Source of the DNA: an uncultured delta proteobacterium
Lineage (GTDB): Bacteria > Myxococcota > Myxococcia > Myxococcales > Myxococcaceae
NCBI GenBank assembly: GCA_963776345.1
Contig: CAVZMH010000002.1
Coordinates: 32,001 to 96,000 of the forward strand
DNA: 64,000 nt
Direction: 5' to 3'
The notes below the pieces were generated by a model, which did no database searches, was not told where the DNA came from, and saw only the letters and a program-made list of their open reading frames with translations. Shown here piece after piece: positions 19,337 through 29,302 of the stretch. A program made the translations under genes and the position numbers. Each line of letters starts with the position of its first letter. The first letter of the stretch is position 1.

Positions 19337-22300
19337 GTGGTCTCCAGCCTCCTTCTCTCGGCCTTCCTCGCCGCAGCGTCCGCTCCGCCTCCCGTCGCCG
19401 ACCCGCTCCCCGCCGAGGCCCAGCGCCGCGCAAACGAGGCGCTCGCCCAGTCCCGCTCGGTGCGCGGCGCCGCCGCGCTGATCCGGCTTCGCGGGCTCCG
19501 GGACGACCTCGCCGACCCGCGCCCGGTCGACACCACGCTCGCCCGCATCGCCGCCGACGGCCGCGCCGAGCCCTTCACCCGCACCCTGGCCCGTCAGCTC
19601 CTGGCGGACATCGACGTCTTGCAGGGTCGGGTGGACGCGGCAGAGCGCCGCCTGCACGCGCTCGGGTACCTGCAGGACGTCTACGTCCTCGGCGGCTTCG
19701 AGAACGAGGGCAAGACGGGCTGCGACACCGACTTCGGGCCGGAGGCGACGCTCGACCTGGACGCCTCGCTCCAGGCCAAGGGCCACCTCGCCCGCTGGCG
19801 GAAGGCGCCGGCGCGCTCGCTCGACGGCGGGATCGACCTCGGCGCCATGGTTCGCCCCTCCCGGGGCGTCGTGGCCTACGTGCTCGCGCTGCTGGACGAG
19901 CCGGCGCCCCGCCGCACCGTCCTCGCGCTCGGCACCTCCGGCGGGTTCCGCCTCTGGGTGAACGGCGAGAAGGCGGCCAGCGGCGACGCCTACCACCCCG
20001 CCCGGCCGGACCAGGACCGCGTCTCGGTGCAGCTCCGTGCCGGGGTGAACCGAGTGCTGCTCAAGGTCTGTCACGAGGACAGCGGCGTGCTCGGCGCCTA
20101 CCTCCGCGACGAGTCCGCGCGCGCCCGGGCGGTGACTCCCGGAACGCTCCCCGCGCTCCCCTCCGGCCCGGCGGTCTCGGTCAGCAAGCTCCCGACGCTG
20201 AGAAGCGCGCTGGAGGCCGAGGTGGCCCGGCGTCCGGACGATGGCCGGCTACGGGCCGACCTCGGCCAGGTGCTGGAGGCGACGCAGTCCTTCGAGGCGC
20301 GCGACCACGCCGACACCGTGGCCGCAGACCGGGCCGCGGCGGATGCCGCACGCCACGGCCATCCGGACCCGCGCATCGAGCTGCTCGCCGCCCGGCTCCA
20401 GCACGACGACAACCTCCGCCGCCGGCATCTCGAGACGGCGCTCGCCGCAGCCCCGGATCTGCTCGAGGCGCGGCTGATGCTCGCCCGCGCCGAGCTCGCC
20501 CAGGGGCACCCGGAGCGGGTGCTCACCCTGCTCCAGCCGGTGGTGCAGCGGTGGAAGGCCTTCGTCCCCGCGCAGGTCCTCCTCGCGCGCGCCGAGGACG
20601 ACCTCGGCGACGGCGTCTCCGCCACCCGGCGCATCGAGGCCCTTCCGGCCTCGGCCTGGCGCGTCCCGGAGGCGGGCCGGGAGCGAGTGCGCAGCGCGCG
20701 GCGCCTCGACCGATCCGACGAGGCCCTGGGGCGACTCCGCAGCGTGCTCGAGGCGCGTCCGGGAGACGGCGCGAGCCTCTCGCTCCTCGCGGAGATGCTG
20801 GCCGATCGCGGGGACGTGGCCGGCGCCGCCGACGCGCTCCGGAAGGCGCTCCGGCTGTCGCCCACCAGCAACGACGTCCGCCTGCGCCTCGCCGAGCTCC
20901 TCGCCTCCAACGGACGGCTGGACGAGGGGCTGGCGCTGTTCTCCGAGGCCGAGACGCTCTGCCCCGACGAGCCCGAGGTGTTCGAGCGCAAGGGCCGCGC
21001 CCTGCTCTACGCCGGCCGGAAGGCCGCCGCGCTCGAGGCGCTGGAGCGCTCGCTGGTGCTCCGTCCCCAGAACCCCGGGCTCCGCGATGCGGTCCGGGCG
21101 CTCCGGGGGAGCGAGACCTCCGCCGCGACCACCGACGCCATCGACGTCCGGCCGCTGGTCGCGGAGGCGGACAGCTACGCCGAGGACGCGGTGACGCTCG
21201 CCGACGTCACCCGGGTGCGCGTGCAGCGGAGCGGGCTCTCCAGCCGCTTCCACCAGCTGGCGGTGAAGGTCTACACCCGCCGCGGGGTGGACGCGTTCCG
21301 GAGCTACCCCATCACCTACAGCCCGAGCCGCGAGGAGGTGCGCATCCTCCGCGCGCGCATCACCAAGCCGGACGGCTCGCTGGTGGAGAGCTTCGGGGAC
21401 ACCAACCGCAGCCTGAACGAGCCCTGGTCCGGGATGTACTACGACGCGCAGGCCAAGATGCTCACCTTCCCGGGACTCGCCCCAGGGGACCTGCTCGAGC
21501 TGCAGTACCGGGTCGAGGACACCGCGAGCGACAACCTCCTCTCCGACTACTGGGGGGACCTCGCGTACGTGCAGGGCATCACTCCGAAGCTCCGCTGGGA
21601 GTACGTGGTCGACATGCCGGCAGGGCGCGCCCTGTACTGGAACGAGAAGACGCTGGGCGCCGGAGTCAGCGCCCGCCGCGAGCCCGCCACCGACGGCCGG
21701 GTGCTCTACCGCTTCGAGGCCAAACGCGTCTCACGGGTCACGCCCGAGCCGGGCATGCCGGGGTGGTCCGAGGTCGCCGCCACGCTCCACGTCTCGACCT
21801 ACCGGACGTGGGAGGAGGTGGGGCGGTACTACTGGAGCCTGATCCGCGACCAGCTGGTGCCCGACGACAGCATCCGCCGCGCCGCCGAGGGCGCGCTGGG
21901 GGGCGTGGACCGGAAGGACACCCGGGCGGTGGTGCGCGCGCTCTACGAGTACGTGGTGAAGAACACCCGCTACGTGGCGCTGGAGTTCGGGATCCACGGA
22001 TACAAGCCATACCGCGTGGACCGGGTGCTGGCGCGGCGCTTCGGCGACTGCAAGGACAAGGCGTCGCTCCTGCACGCGCTCCTCGAGGTCTCCGGGGTGG
22101 ACAGCCGCATCGTCCTGCTCCGGATGCGCCAGCTCGGCGCCGTCCCGCCCGAGCCCGCCTCGCTCGCCGTCTTCAACCACGCCATCGTCTACGTGCCGTC
22201 GCTCGACTGGTACCTGGACGGCACCGCCGAGTTCCACGGCGCGACCGAGCTGCCCATCCCCGACCGCCGGGCGAGCGTGCTGATCGTCGAGCCCGACGGG

Positions 22301-23047
22301 AAGAGCCGCTTCACCGTCACCCCCGAGGCCCGGCCGGAGGACAACGTCACCGACGTGCAGCTCGACCTGGCGCTCCGGCCCGGCGGCGCCGCCGAGGTGA
22401 AGGGCGAGAGCCGGGTGCGCGGGAGCGCCGCCCCCGAGTACCGCCGCAGCTACCAGTCCGCAGCCACGCGCCGCACCACCTTCGAGCAGGGCTGGGCCCA
22501 GACCTTTCCGGGCCTGAGCGTGGACAAGGTGTCGATCAGCGACCTGAACCGGCTCGACCAGGACGTGGCGCTCGACTACGAGCTGAGCATCCCGCGCTAC
22601 GCCGAGGCGGGCGGGGATACGCTGCGCTTCCTGCCCTTCGGCAGCCGCCGCGGCTACGTCGAGACGTACGCCGGGCTCACCGAGCGCCGGGGCGACCTGG
22701 TCCTCGACGGACCCAGCGTGAGCCGCTTCACCTTCCGCTACCGGCTTCCGCCGGGGTGGAGCGTGGACGCCCTGCCGCCCGACGTCACCACCACCACCGG
22801 CTTCGGGCGCCTGTCGCTGGTCTACGTCGTGGAGCAGGGCCTGCTGGTCTGCCGGGGCGAGCTGGTGTTCACCCGGGACCGCGTCTCGGCCAGCGAGTAT
22901 CCGGCGTTTCGCGCCTTCGTCGCCCAGGTGGACCAGGCGTTCGCCCGGAAGGTGCTGGTCCGGGGCCCGAGGAAGTCCATCCAGCCGCAGCGGGCCACGC
23001 GCCCGTCCGCCGGCGGCGCGCCGCTCGCCCTCGCGGCCACCCCATGA
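19337..23047 (+). CDS. Secreted TPR, DUF3857 and transglutaminase-like protein
   Basis: Signal peptide, a long TPR block, a DUF3857-like region, and a candidate triad in GDCKDKA / FNHAI / YLDGT. Confidence 0.85.
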   Translation: MVSSLLLSAFLAAASAPPPVADPLPAEAQRRANEALAQSRSVRGAAALIRLRGLRDDLADPRPVDTTLARIAADGRAEPFTRTLARQLLADIDVLQGRVDAAERRLHALGYLQDVYVLGGFENEGKTGCDTDFGPEATLDLDASLQAKGHLARWRKAPARSLDGGIDLGAMVRPSRGVVAYVLALLDEPAPRRTVLALGTSGGFRLWVNGEKAASGDAYHPARPDQDRVSVQLRAGVNRVLLKVCHEDSGVLGAYLRDESARARAVTPGTLPALPSGPAVSVSKLPTLRSALEAEVARRPDDGRLRADLGQVLEATQSFEARDHADTVAADRAAADAARHGHPDPRIELLAARLQHDDNLRRRHLETALAAAPDLLEARLMLARAELAQGHPERVLTLLQPVVQRWKAFVPAQVLLARAEDDLGDGVSATRRIEALPASAWRVPEAGRERVRSARRLDRSDEALGRLRSVLEARPGDGASLSLLAEMLADRGDVAGAADALRKALRLSPTSNDVRLRLAELLASNGRLDEGLALFSEAETLCPDEPEVFERKGRALLYAGRKAAALEALERSLVLRPQNPGLRDAVRALRGSETSAATTDAIDVRPLVAEADSYAEDAVTLADVTRVRVQRSGLSSRFHQLAVKVYTRRGVDAFRSYPITYSPSREEVRILRARITKPDGSLVESFGDTNRSLNEPWSGMYYDAQAKMLTFPGLAPGDLLELQYRVEDTASDNLLSDYWGDLAYVQGITPKLRWEYVVDMPAGRALYWNEKTLGAGVSARREPATDGRVLYRFEAKRVSRVTPEPGMPGWSEVAATLHVSTYRTWEEVGRYYWSLIRDQLVPDDSIRRAAEGALGGVDRKDTRAVVRALYEYVVKNTRYVALEFGIHGYKPYRVDRVLARRFGDCKDKASLLHALLEVSGVDSRIVLLRMRQLGAVPPEPASLAVFNHAIVYVPSLDWYLDGTAEFHGATELPIPDRRASVLIVEPDGKSRFTVTPEARPEDNVTDVQLDLALRPGGAAEVKGESRVRGSAAPEYRRSYQSAATRRTTFEQGWAQTFPGLSVDKVSISDLNRLDQDVALDYELSIPRYAEAGGDTLRFLPFGSRRGYVETYAGLTERRGDLVLDGPSVSRFTFRYRLPPGWSVDALPPDVTTTTGFGRLSLVYVVEQGLLVCRGELVFTRDRVSASEYPAFRAFVAQVDQAFARKVLVRGPRKSIQPQRATRPSAGGAPLALAATP

Positions 23048-23790
23048 GCCAAGTCTCCCAGCCACCGCTCCAGCTGACCGTCGCCATCTGCGCCTACGTG
23101 CTGCTCGTGGTCTGGGCCACCTTGCGCGGGCTGGACACGGGTCTGCGGCGGTCCGGCTGCGCGGGGCCGATTCGCCGGAGCCTCCTGGCGCGCCTCGGCG
23201 CGTTGCTCGGGACGTGGTTCCTGGCGATCACCGCGGCGGCGGTCTCCGGCGCGTGGCTCGATCCGGGAGTCCCCCGGGCGCTCGGGTATCTGGTACCAGC
23301 CCTCCTCCTCTCGCTGGTGCTCTGGCGGGCGGGCTGGCTCCAGGCCGCGGTCCAGACGCTGTCACCGGCCGCGATTCCCTGGCTGCAGACGATGCGCATC
23401 GGCGGCGGGCTCACCCTGTTCGCGGCCTGGGCCTCGGGCCTCGCGCCCTGGGGCTGGGTGGCGACGGCGGGGACCGGAGACATCCTGGTGGGGCTCGGCG
23501 CGGTGGCGGTCGCCCTGCTGCTCGGCACCGGCCTCGCCTGGTCCCGGACCGCGGCCCAGGTGTGGAACGTGTTCGGGCTGGTGGACATGGCCCACACCAT
23601 GGTCCGCGGGCTGCTCTCGGCGCCGGGGCCGCAGCAGCGCTTCTTCGAGAACCCGCCCAACCTCGTGCCGGCGATCTTCCCGTTCATCTACCTGCCGGCG
23701 TTCATCGTCCCGCTCACCATCCTGCTGCACATCCTGTCGCTGCAGCAGCTCGCACGGATGGGCCGGCTCACCCCGGCCTCTACCCGGTGA
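23044..23790 (+). CDS. Hypothetical multi-pass membrane protein
   Basis: About 7 hydrophobic segments, AGTGDILVG and WNVFGLVD. ATGA overlap with the upstream gene. Confidence 0.8.
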   Translation: MSQVSQPPLQLTVAICAYVLLVVWATLRGLDTGLRRSGCAGPIRRSLLARLGALLGTWFLAITAAAVSGAWLDPGVPRALGYLVPALLLSLVLWRAGWLQAAVQTLSPAAIPWLQTMRIGGGLTLFAAWASGLAPWGWVATAGTGDILVGLGAVAVALLLGTGLAWSRTAAQVWNVFGLVDMAHTMVRGLLSAPGPQQRFFENPPNLVPAIFPFIYLPAFIVPLTILLHILSLQQLARMGRLTPASTR

Positions 23791-24196
23791 AGAGCAGGCG
23801 GGCCTCGCCGCCGACCTCGCCCTGGACCACCGCCACCTGACCGAAGCGGCGGGCGAGCGCACGGGCCTCCTCCGGATCGAGATCGAGGACGCAGAGGCTC
23901 TCCTCGACCCAGTCGCGTCCGGGTGACTCGCCGCGGGCCGGCCAGGCGACCCGTCCGGGGCGGTCGAGCGCGGCGGTGAGCGCCCGCTGGGCGGCGGCGT
24001 TCTCCGGCTCGCTCCGGGGCACGCTGCCCGGATTCCACGCGGTCAGCACCACCCAGGAACGGCGGGAGGACCCGGTGAGCCGCGCGTCGAGCTCCGGGTG
24101 GCGCTGGCCGATGCGGAGCACGAGCTCGGGCGAGCCGGGCGGGAACACCCGGTAGAGGCTCTCGAGATAGGCCTGCACGAGCGTCGGGTCGACCAT
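23780..24196 (-). CDS. DUF3293 domain protein
   Basis: LTAWNPGS..EN, WVEES and ARRFGQ.A motifs. Confidence 0.85.
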   Translation of the reverse strand: MVDPTLVQAYLESLYRVFPPGSPELVLRIGQRHPELDARLTGSSRRSWVVLTAWNPGSVPRSEPENAAAQRALTAALDRPGRVAWPARGESPGRDWVEESLCVLDLDPEEARALARRFGQVAVVQGEVGGEARLLFTG

Positions 24197-24245
24197 GCGG
24201 CCTGGCGAGGATGCTCCGGGCGCGCGGCCGACGGAAGCGCTCGAG

Positions 24246-25499
24246 CTACTCGGTGCGCATGGCCTCGACGGGGTCCAGCCGCGCCGCCCGGGCCGCCGGG
24301 TAGATGCCGAACAGGAGCCCCACGCCAGAGCTCATCACCAGCGCGAGCATCACCGCCCAGGTCGGGACGGAGGTGGGAAAGCTGAACGCCCAGCGGGCGA
24401 GGAAGGCCACCAGGCCGCCTCCCAGCACGCCCAGCACCCCCCCCACCAGCGAGAGCATGATCGCCTCGGTCGCAAACTGGCCGAGGATGCGGTGCCGCCG
24501 CGCCCCGAGCGCCTTCCGGACCCCGATCTCCTGGGTCCGCTCGGTGACCGAGACCAGCATGATGTTGAGGATGCCGATCCCGCCCACGATGAGCGACAGG
24601 AGGCACACCCCGAAGCTCGCCGCGGTCACCACCGAGGAGATCTGGTTGAAGGCCTGGGTGGCCGACTCGTTGGAGAAGATGAAGAAGTCGTCCTCCTGCT
24701 CGGGCTTGAGGTTGTGGCGCCGGCGCATGAGCTGCCGCACCTCCTCCATCGCCCGGGGCAGGAGCTCGGTCGAGACCGCCTGCATGCTGATGTTCAGCGA
24801 CCGGTTCTTCCCCCACAGCTGGAAGAAGGCGTTGACCGGGATCACCACCACGTCGTCCTGCTGGAAGCCGCCGACGAAGGCTCCCTTGCGCTTGATGAGG
24901 CCGATGACCCGGAAGGGTCGGGTGCGGATCCGGACCTCCTGACCGATGGGATCCACCTGGGGGAAGAGCACCTCGGCCACGTTCGACCCGAGCACGACCA
25001 GGCGCTCTCCGTCGGCGACCTCCTTCACGTTGAAGGAGCGCCCGGAGGCGATGTCCATGGCGTTGGTGAGGAAGAAGTCGGCGGTGCCGCCGGCGATCTG
25101 GATGTTGGGCCGCGTCTCGTAGCGGTCGGTGGAGACCTTCACCCCGAAGTCCCAGGCCTCGCCGGTGGTGGCGATGACGTCCGGGAGCCGGCGCTCGATG
25201 TCGTCCCGGTCCTCGATGGTGAGGTTGGGCCTCTTCGAGAGGCGATCGAAGTCGAAGTTACCGAAACCATTGGGGAACTTCTGGATCTGGAACCCGTTGG
25301 ACCCGAGGCCGGTCAGGTCCTCGTCGACCTTGTTCCGCAGCCCCTCGAGCAGGGCCATCATCGAGACCACGGTGGCCGCCCCGATGACGATGCCCAGCAA
25401 GGTCAGCAGCGAGCGGAGCCGGTGTCCCCAGAACGTGGAGAACGCCAGCCGGAAGTTGTCGATCAGCGCGCGCACCCACAGTGCCTGACGGCCCGTCAT
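24246..25499 (-). CDS. ABC transporter permease, MacB/FtsX family
   Basis: LRSLLTLLGIVIG, GGIGILNIMLVSVTERTQEIGVRKALGA and PAARAARLDPVEAMR motifs. Alternative start at 25508. Confidence 0.93.
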   Translation of the reverse strand: MTGRQALWVRALIDNFRLAFSTFWGHRLRSLLTLLGIVIGAATVVSMMALLEGLRNKVDEDLTGLGSNGFQIQKFPNGFGNFDFDRLSKRPNLTIEDRDDIERRLPDVIATTGEAWDFGVKVSTDRYETRPNIQIAGGTADFFLTNAMDIASGRSFNVKEVADGERLVVLGSNVAEVLFPQVDPIGQEVRIRTRPFRVIGLIKRKGAFVGGFQQDDVVVIPVNAFFQLWGKNRSLNISMQAVSTELLPRAMEEVRQLMRRRHNLKPEQEDDFFIFSNESATQAFNQISSVVTAASFGVCLLSLIVGGIGILNIMLVSVTERTQEIGVRKALGARRHRILGQFATEAIMLSLVGGVLGVLGGGLVAFLARWAFSFPTSVPTWAVMLALVMSSGVGLLFGIYPAARAARLDPVEAMRTE

Positions 25500-25567
25500 G
25501 TCCCCCATTGCAGCAGATCCCTGCACCGGGCGCGCGGCTGGCCGGGCGGGAGAGCCCGGAGGGCGCC

Positions 25568-26566
25568 CTACCTCCCGAAGGCGAGCGAGGCGCTGGTCCT
25601 CTCGGCCGGCACCCAGCGCTGCAGCGGATAGCCCTCGGACACCCACGCGGCGTAGCCGCCCTCCAGGGGCCGGACCCGGTCGATGCCTCGTCGCTTCAGC
25701 CGGAGCGCCACCCGGGCGCTCGTCCACTCATCGGGTCAACTGCAGAAGAGGACCACCGGGCGGCTGCGGGCAATCTCCCCGTGCCGCCGGTCCAGCTCGT
25801 CCGGCGAGATGTGGAGCGCACCCGGCAGCGTGCTGCCCGACTCCTCCAGCTCGCGCCGGTGCCGCAGGTCCACCAGCACCAGGTCCTCGCCCCCGTCGAG
25901 CAGCCGCTTCAGCTCGACGGGCGACAGCCGCGCCACCCGGAGCGCGGTCCGGAAGCGCAACCGCTGGAGGAACTTCCACCCGAGGTACAGGGCGAACCCC
26001 GCGGCGAGGACGCCCGCCGCCGAGCCCGCGTAGGCCATCGCCAGCTCGAGCGCGCGGAAGAACGGGCCACCCGCGAGCCAGCCCAGGCCCACGAACGTCG
26101 TCGCCCAGAAGAAGTCCCCCATCGCGTCCAGCCCCAGGAAGCGCCGGAGCCGCATCCCCGACATCCCGGCCAGCGGCGGCGCGAGGGTGGTCAGCCCCGG
26201 GATGAAGGGGGCGATCACCAGCGCCCGCGCGCCGTAGCGGGTGAACGCGTTCTCGGTCCGCTGCACGCAGCTGTCGGGCTCGAGCGAGACGCGGCAGATC
26301 AGCCGCAGCACGCGGTTGCCCCAGCGACGGCCGGCGAGGAACCAGGCCGAGTGCCCCAGCGACGCCGCCACCGTGGCGAGGACGATCGGCACCGCGAGCG
26401 TCCCCTGACCGAGCCGCGCCAGGGCCCCCGAGGCGATGAGCCAGGGCGTGCACGGGATGGGCACCCCGCCCTGCTCGAGGAGCACGCTCGCGAAGACCAG
26501 CAGCGGTCCGTACGTCTGGAGGAACTCGATGCTGGCGTTCACGGCGGGTGGAACCTCCGGCGGCAC
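25568..26566 (-). CDS. DedA (VTT/SNARE-associated)-rhodanese fusion, predicted selenoprotein (C-S-U)
   Basis: N-terminal DedA domain (EQGGVPIP, FIPG). The rhodanese domain reads through TGA 25738-25736: PVVLFCS-U-PDEWTSARVALRLKRRGIDRVRPLEGGYAAW, ending at TAG 25570-25568. Confidence 0.88.
25703..25721 (-). promoter_or_regulatory. Putative bacterial SECIS hairpin of the DedA-rhodanese gene
   Basis: Perfect 7-bp stem GAGCGCC [CGGGT] GGCGCTC. The stem begins 14 nt and the loop 21 nt after the UGA. Confidence 0.7.
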
Positions 26567-26665
26567 CCGCGGGCGGGTGCAGAGCGGCGTGTGTAGCCGG
26601 ACCGGCGCCCCACCGCCACCGTGTCACCCTCGGGGGGTGGCCGTTGCAGACCGCCCGCGTCGGGG

Positions 26666-26893
26666 CTAGTTGGGGCGGGCCGACGGAGGCTGCCCGATCA
26701 GGTGGACCACCTCGTCCACCCGGACCGGCAGCTTTCCGCCCTTCCGCTCCAGGGCGAGCGAGAGCTTCCGGTGGTCGGACCGCGTCAGCCGCCGGTCGAG
26801 CACCACGTCCACCATGTACTCGAGCGAGTCGACGCCGAGCACCATCCCCACGCTGAACAGCATCAGCTCATCCGGGTCCACGTAGGCCGACAT
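26666..26893 (-). CDS. Small hypothetical protein
   Basis: 75 aa (MSAYVDPDELMLFSVG...), typical codon usage, fills an intergenic gap. Confidence 0.6.
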   Translation of the reverse strand: MSAYVDPDELMLFSVGMVLGVDSLEYMVDVVLDRRLTRSDHRKLSLALERKGGKLPVRVDEVVHLIGQPPSARPN

Positions 26894-26980
26894 GGCACCT
26901 GGAAGCCTTTGCAAGGAAGGATCCGACGGGACGCCGCCCCGGGAAGCGGGGGGCGGCCAGACCTGTTAGGGGTCCCAACC

Positions 26981-29116
26981 GTGCTTCCTGGCTTGCTCCT
27001 TTCCGTGCTCGTGGCCGCTGGCCCGGCACCCTCTCCGACCGCGAGCGGGGCCGTCCACGAGGGCAAGCCGAGGGTGCATGCGACCCTGGTCTCCGAGCTG
27101 ACCCAGGTGGAGCCGGGCGGCGCGTTCCGGCTCGGGGTGCAGCTCCGGATGGCGCCCGGGTGGTACGTCTACTGGAAGAATCCGGGCGAGGCGGGACTCC
27201 CGAGCGAGGTGGTCTGGGACGCGCCCCGCGTCACGGTGGGGCCACTCACCTGGCCTGCGCCGGAGGTGCACCGGAGCCCCGACGGCACCATCACCAGCTA
27301 CGGCTATGGCGGGGAGGTGGTGCTCTTCGCCACCGCCCGCGCGCAGCCCGAGGTGCAGCCGCCGCTGACGGTGGTGGCCACCGCCGAGGTGCTGGTCTGC
27401 CAGGTGCAGTGCATCCCGGCCCGCTTCGAGCTCACCCGCGTGCTCGGGGTCGGTCCCCGGCAGGCCGATGCGGCGGGCGCGGCGCTCCTCGAGGCCGCGG
27501 CGGCTCGCGTGCCCCGCCCCCCGGCCGCCGCGGGGCTGCGGGTGGCCATCCGGCGGACCACCGCCTTCGTGCCCGGCCAGCCGTTCGAGGGCGAGCTGAC
27601 GGTGGAGCGCGCCGACGGAAGCCCCGAGCCGCTCGCCGACGCCGACGCCTTCGTCCCGGAGCGGCTCCCCGGAGTCGTCTCGGTCACGGGCATCGCCGAG
27701 GGGCCCGGCCGGCTCCGGCTGTGGGGGAAGGCCGCCGCCGACGCGCCGGCCCCGCCGTCGCGGATGGCCGGGGTGGTCACCCTCGCCGGCGGCGGCGCCA
27801 TCGAGGTGAGCGGGCCGTTCGAGCTCCCGCCCGGCCTCGCTCCCCGGCCCGCCGCCGCGACGCCGCCGGTCGCGGCGCGGACGCCGGGGTTGCCGTGGGT
27901 GCTGCTGCTCGCCTTCCTCGGCGGCGTGCTCCTCAACGCCATGCCCTGCGTCTTCCCGGTGCTGGCGCTGAAGGCGTACGGGTTCGCGCGCACCGTCCAA
28001 GCCGACCACGGCTCGGTGCGAAGGCACGCGCTGGCGTACACCGGAGGAATCCTCGCCTCGCTGCTGGTCCTCGCCGTGGCGGTGCTGGGCCTCCGCGCCG
28101 CGGGCCACGCCGTCGGCTGGGGCTTTCAGTTCCAGGAGCCGCTCTTCGTCGCCGTCCTCTCCGGGGTGGTGCTCCTGTTCGCCCTCAACCTGCTCGGGGT
28201 GTTCGAGCTCACGCCGCCGAGCCACGGCACCGGGTCTCTGGTGGCGGCGGTGGATCACTCCCACGGCCCGCTCCGGAGCGCGGGCGAGGGCGTGCTCGCG
28301 GTGGTGCTCGCCACGCCCTGCTCCGCGCCGCTGCTCGGGACGGCGGTGGGCTTCGCCTTCGCGGCCAGCGCGCCGGTGGTCCTCGCCGTCTTCGCCGCGG
28401 TGGGCCTCGGCCTCGCCGCGCCCTTCTGCGCGCTGGTGCTGGTGCCGGGGCTCCGGACCCGGCTGCCGCGGCCGGGCGCATGGATGGAGCGCGGCAAGCA
28501 GCTCCTCGGCTTCGCGCTGCTCGGCACCGGGGTGTGGCTCGCGGGCATCCTCGGGGCGCTCGCCGGGGTGGACGGGGTGGTGCGGCTGCTCGCCTTCCTG
28601 GTGGTGGTCGCGCTCGCCGCCTGGGCCTGGGGCGCGTGGCGCCGCGGGCCGGTGCTCGCCGCGGGGCTGGCCCTGGTGCTGGTGACCGGCTTCCTGGCGC
28701 TGCGCTTCGGCGCGGGGCCGGCGTCGGCGGTCGGGCGCGAGGCCTGGAGCGACGAGGCCGTGGCCAGGAGCCTCGCCCAGGGCCGGCCGGTGCTGGTCGA
28801 CTTCACCGCGGAGTGGTGCCTGAGCTGCAAGTTCAACGAGCGCACCGTGCTCGCCTCCGAGCCGGTGCGGTCGGCGCTGGCCCGCACCCGGACCCAGCTG
28901 CTGGTGGCCGACTGGACGCGCCGCGACGCCGGCATCGCCCGCCGTCTTGCCGCGCACGGGCGGGCCGGCGTCCCGATGTACCTGGTCTACTCGCCGGCGC
29001 ACCCCGACCAGCCCGAGGTGCTGCCCGAGCTCCTCACCGTGGACCTGGTGGTCTCCGCGCTGGAGCGGGCCTCAACCGGACAGGGCGCGCTCGGGCTCTC
29101 CTCGTCCCCGAGGTGA
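26981..29116 (+). CDS. dsbD: Thiol:disulfide interchange protein, DsbD family
   Basis: N-domain YWKNPGEAG and CQVQC; TM domain MPCVFP and TPCSAP; thioredoxin domain DFTAEWCLSC. Confidence 0.9.
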   Translation: MLPGLLLSVLVAAGPAPSPTASGAVHEGKPRVHATLVSELTQVEPGGAFRLGVQLRMAPGWYVYWKNPGEAGLPSEVVWDAPRVTVGPLTWPAPEVHRSPDGTITSYGYGGEVVLFATARAQPEVQPPLTVVATAEVLVCQVQCIPARFELTRVLGVGPRQADAAGAALLEAAAARVPRPPAAAGLRVAIRRTTAFVPGQPFEGELTVERADGSPEPLADADAFVPERLPGVVSVTGIAEGPGRLRLWGKAAADAPAPPSRMAGVVTLAGGGAIEVSGPFELPPGLAPRPAAATPPVAARTPGLPWVLLLAFLGGVLLNAMPCVFPVLALKAYGFARTVQADHGSVRRHALAYTGGILASLLVLAVAVLGLRAAGHAVGWGFQFQEPLFVAVLSGVVLLFALNLLGVFELTPPSHGTGSLVAAVDHSHGPLRSAGEGVLAVVLATPCSAPLLGTAVGFAFAASAPVVLAVFAAVGLGLAAPFCALVLVPGLRTRLPRPGAWMERGKQLLGFALLGTGVWLAGILGALAGVDGVVRLLAFLVVVALAAWAWGAWRRGPVLAAGLALVLVTGFLALRFGAGPASAVGREAWSDEAVARSLAQGRPVLVDFTAEWCLSCKFNERTVLASEPVRSALARTRTQLLVADWTRRDAGIARRLAAHGRAGVPMYLVYSPAHPDQPEVLPELLTVDLVVSALERASTGQGALGLSSSPR

Positions 29117-29302
29117 GCGTCGGCAGCTCCGGCGCCGGCGGCGGCGGTCGGGCGCGCCGGGCGCACTGTCCGGTACGCCGAGACCGCGCCCGGGGGCGCT
29201 CGCCGGGGGCCGCACTCCGGCTAGAGTCCGGCACCGGCCGGTGGGATGGAGGGCGGCAGGTCCGGCTGTCGCCCGGGGCTGGCCTGAGGGGACGTCATTC
29301 CG

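Noticed and set aside
18526..23790. 1754-aa ORF and other very long Arg/Pro/Gly-rich ORFs (e.g. 10707-13733, 27160-30102, 36539-39568, 57611-60238)
   Set aside because: These are shadow frames of high-GC genes. Only the final segments of some (23044-23790, 12768-13733) are real.
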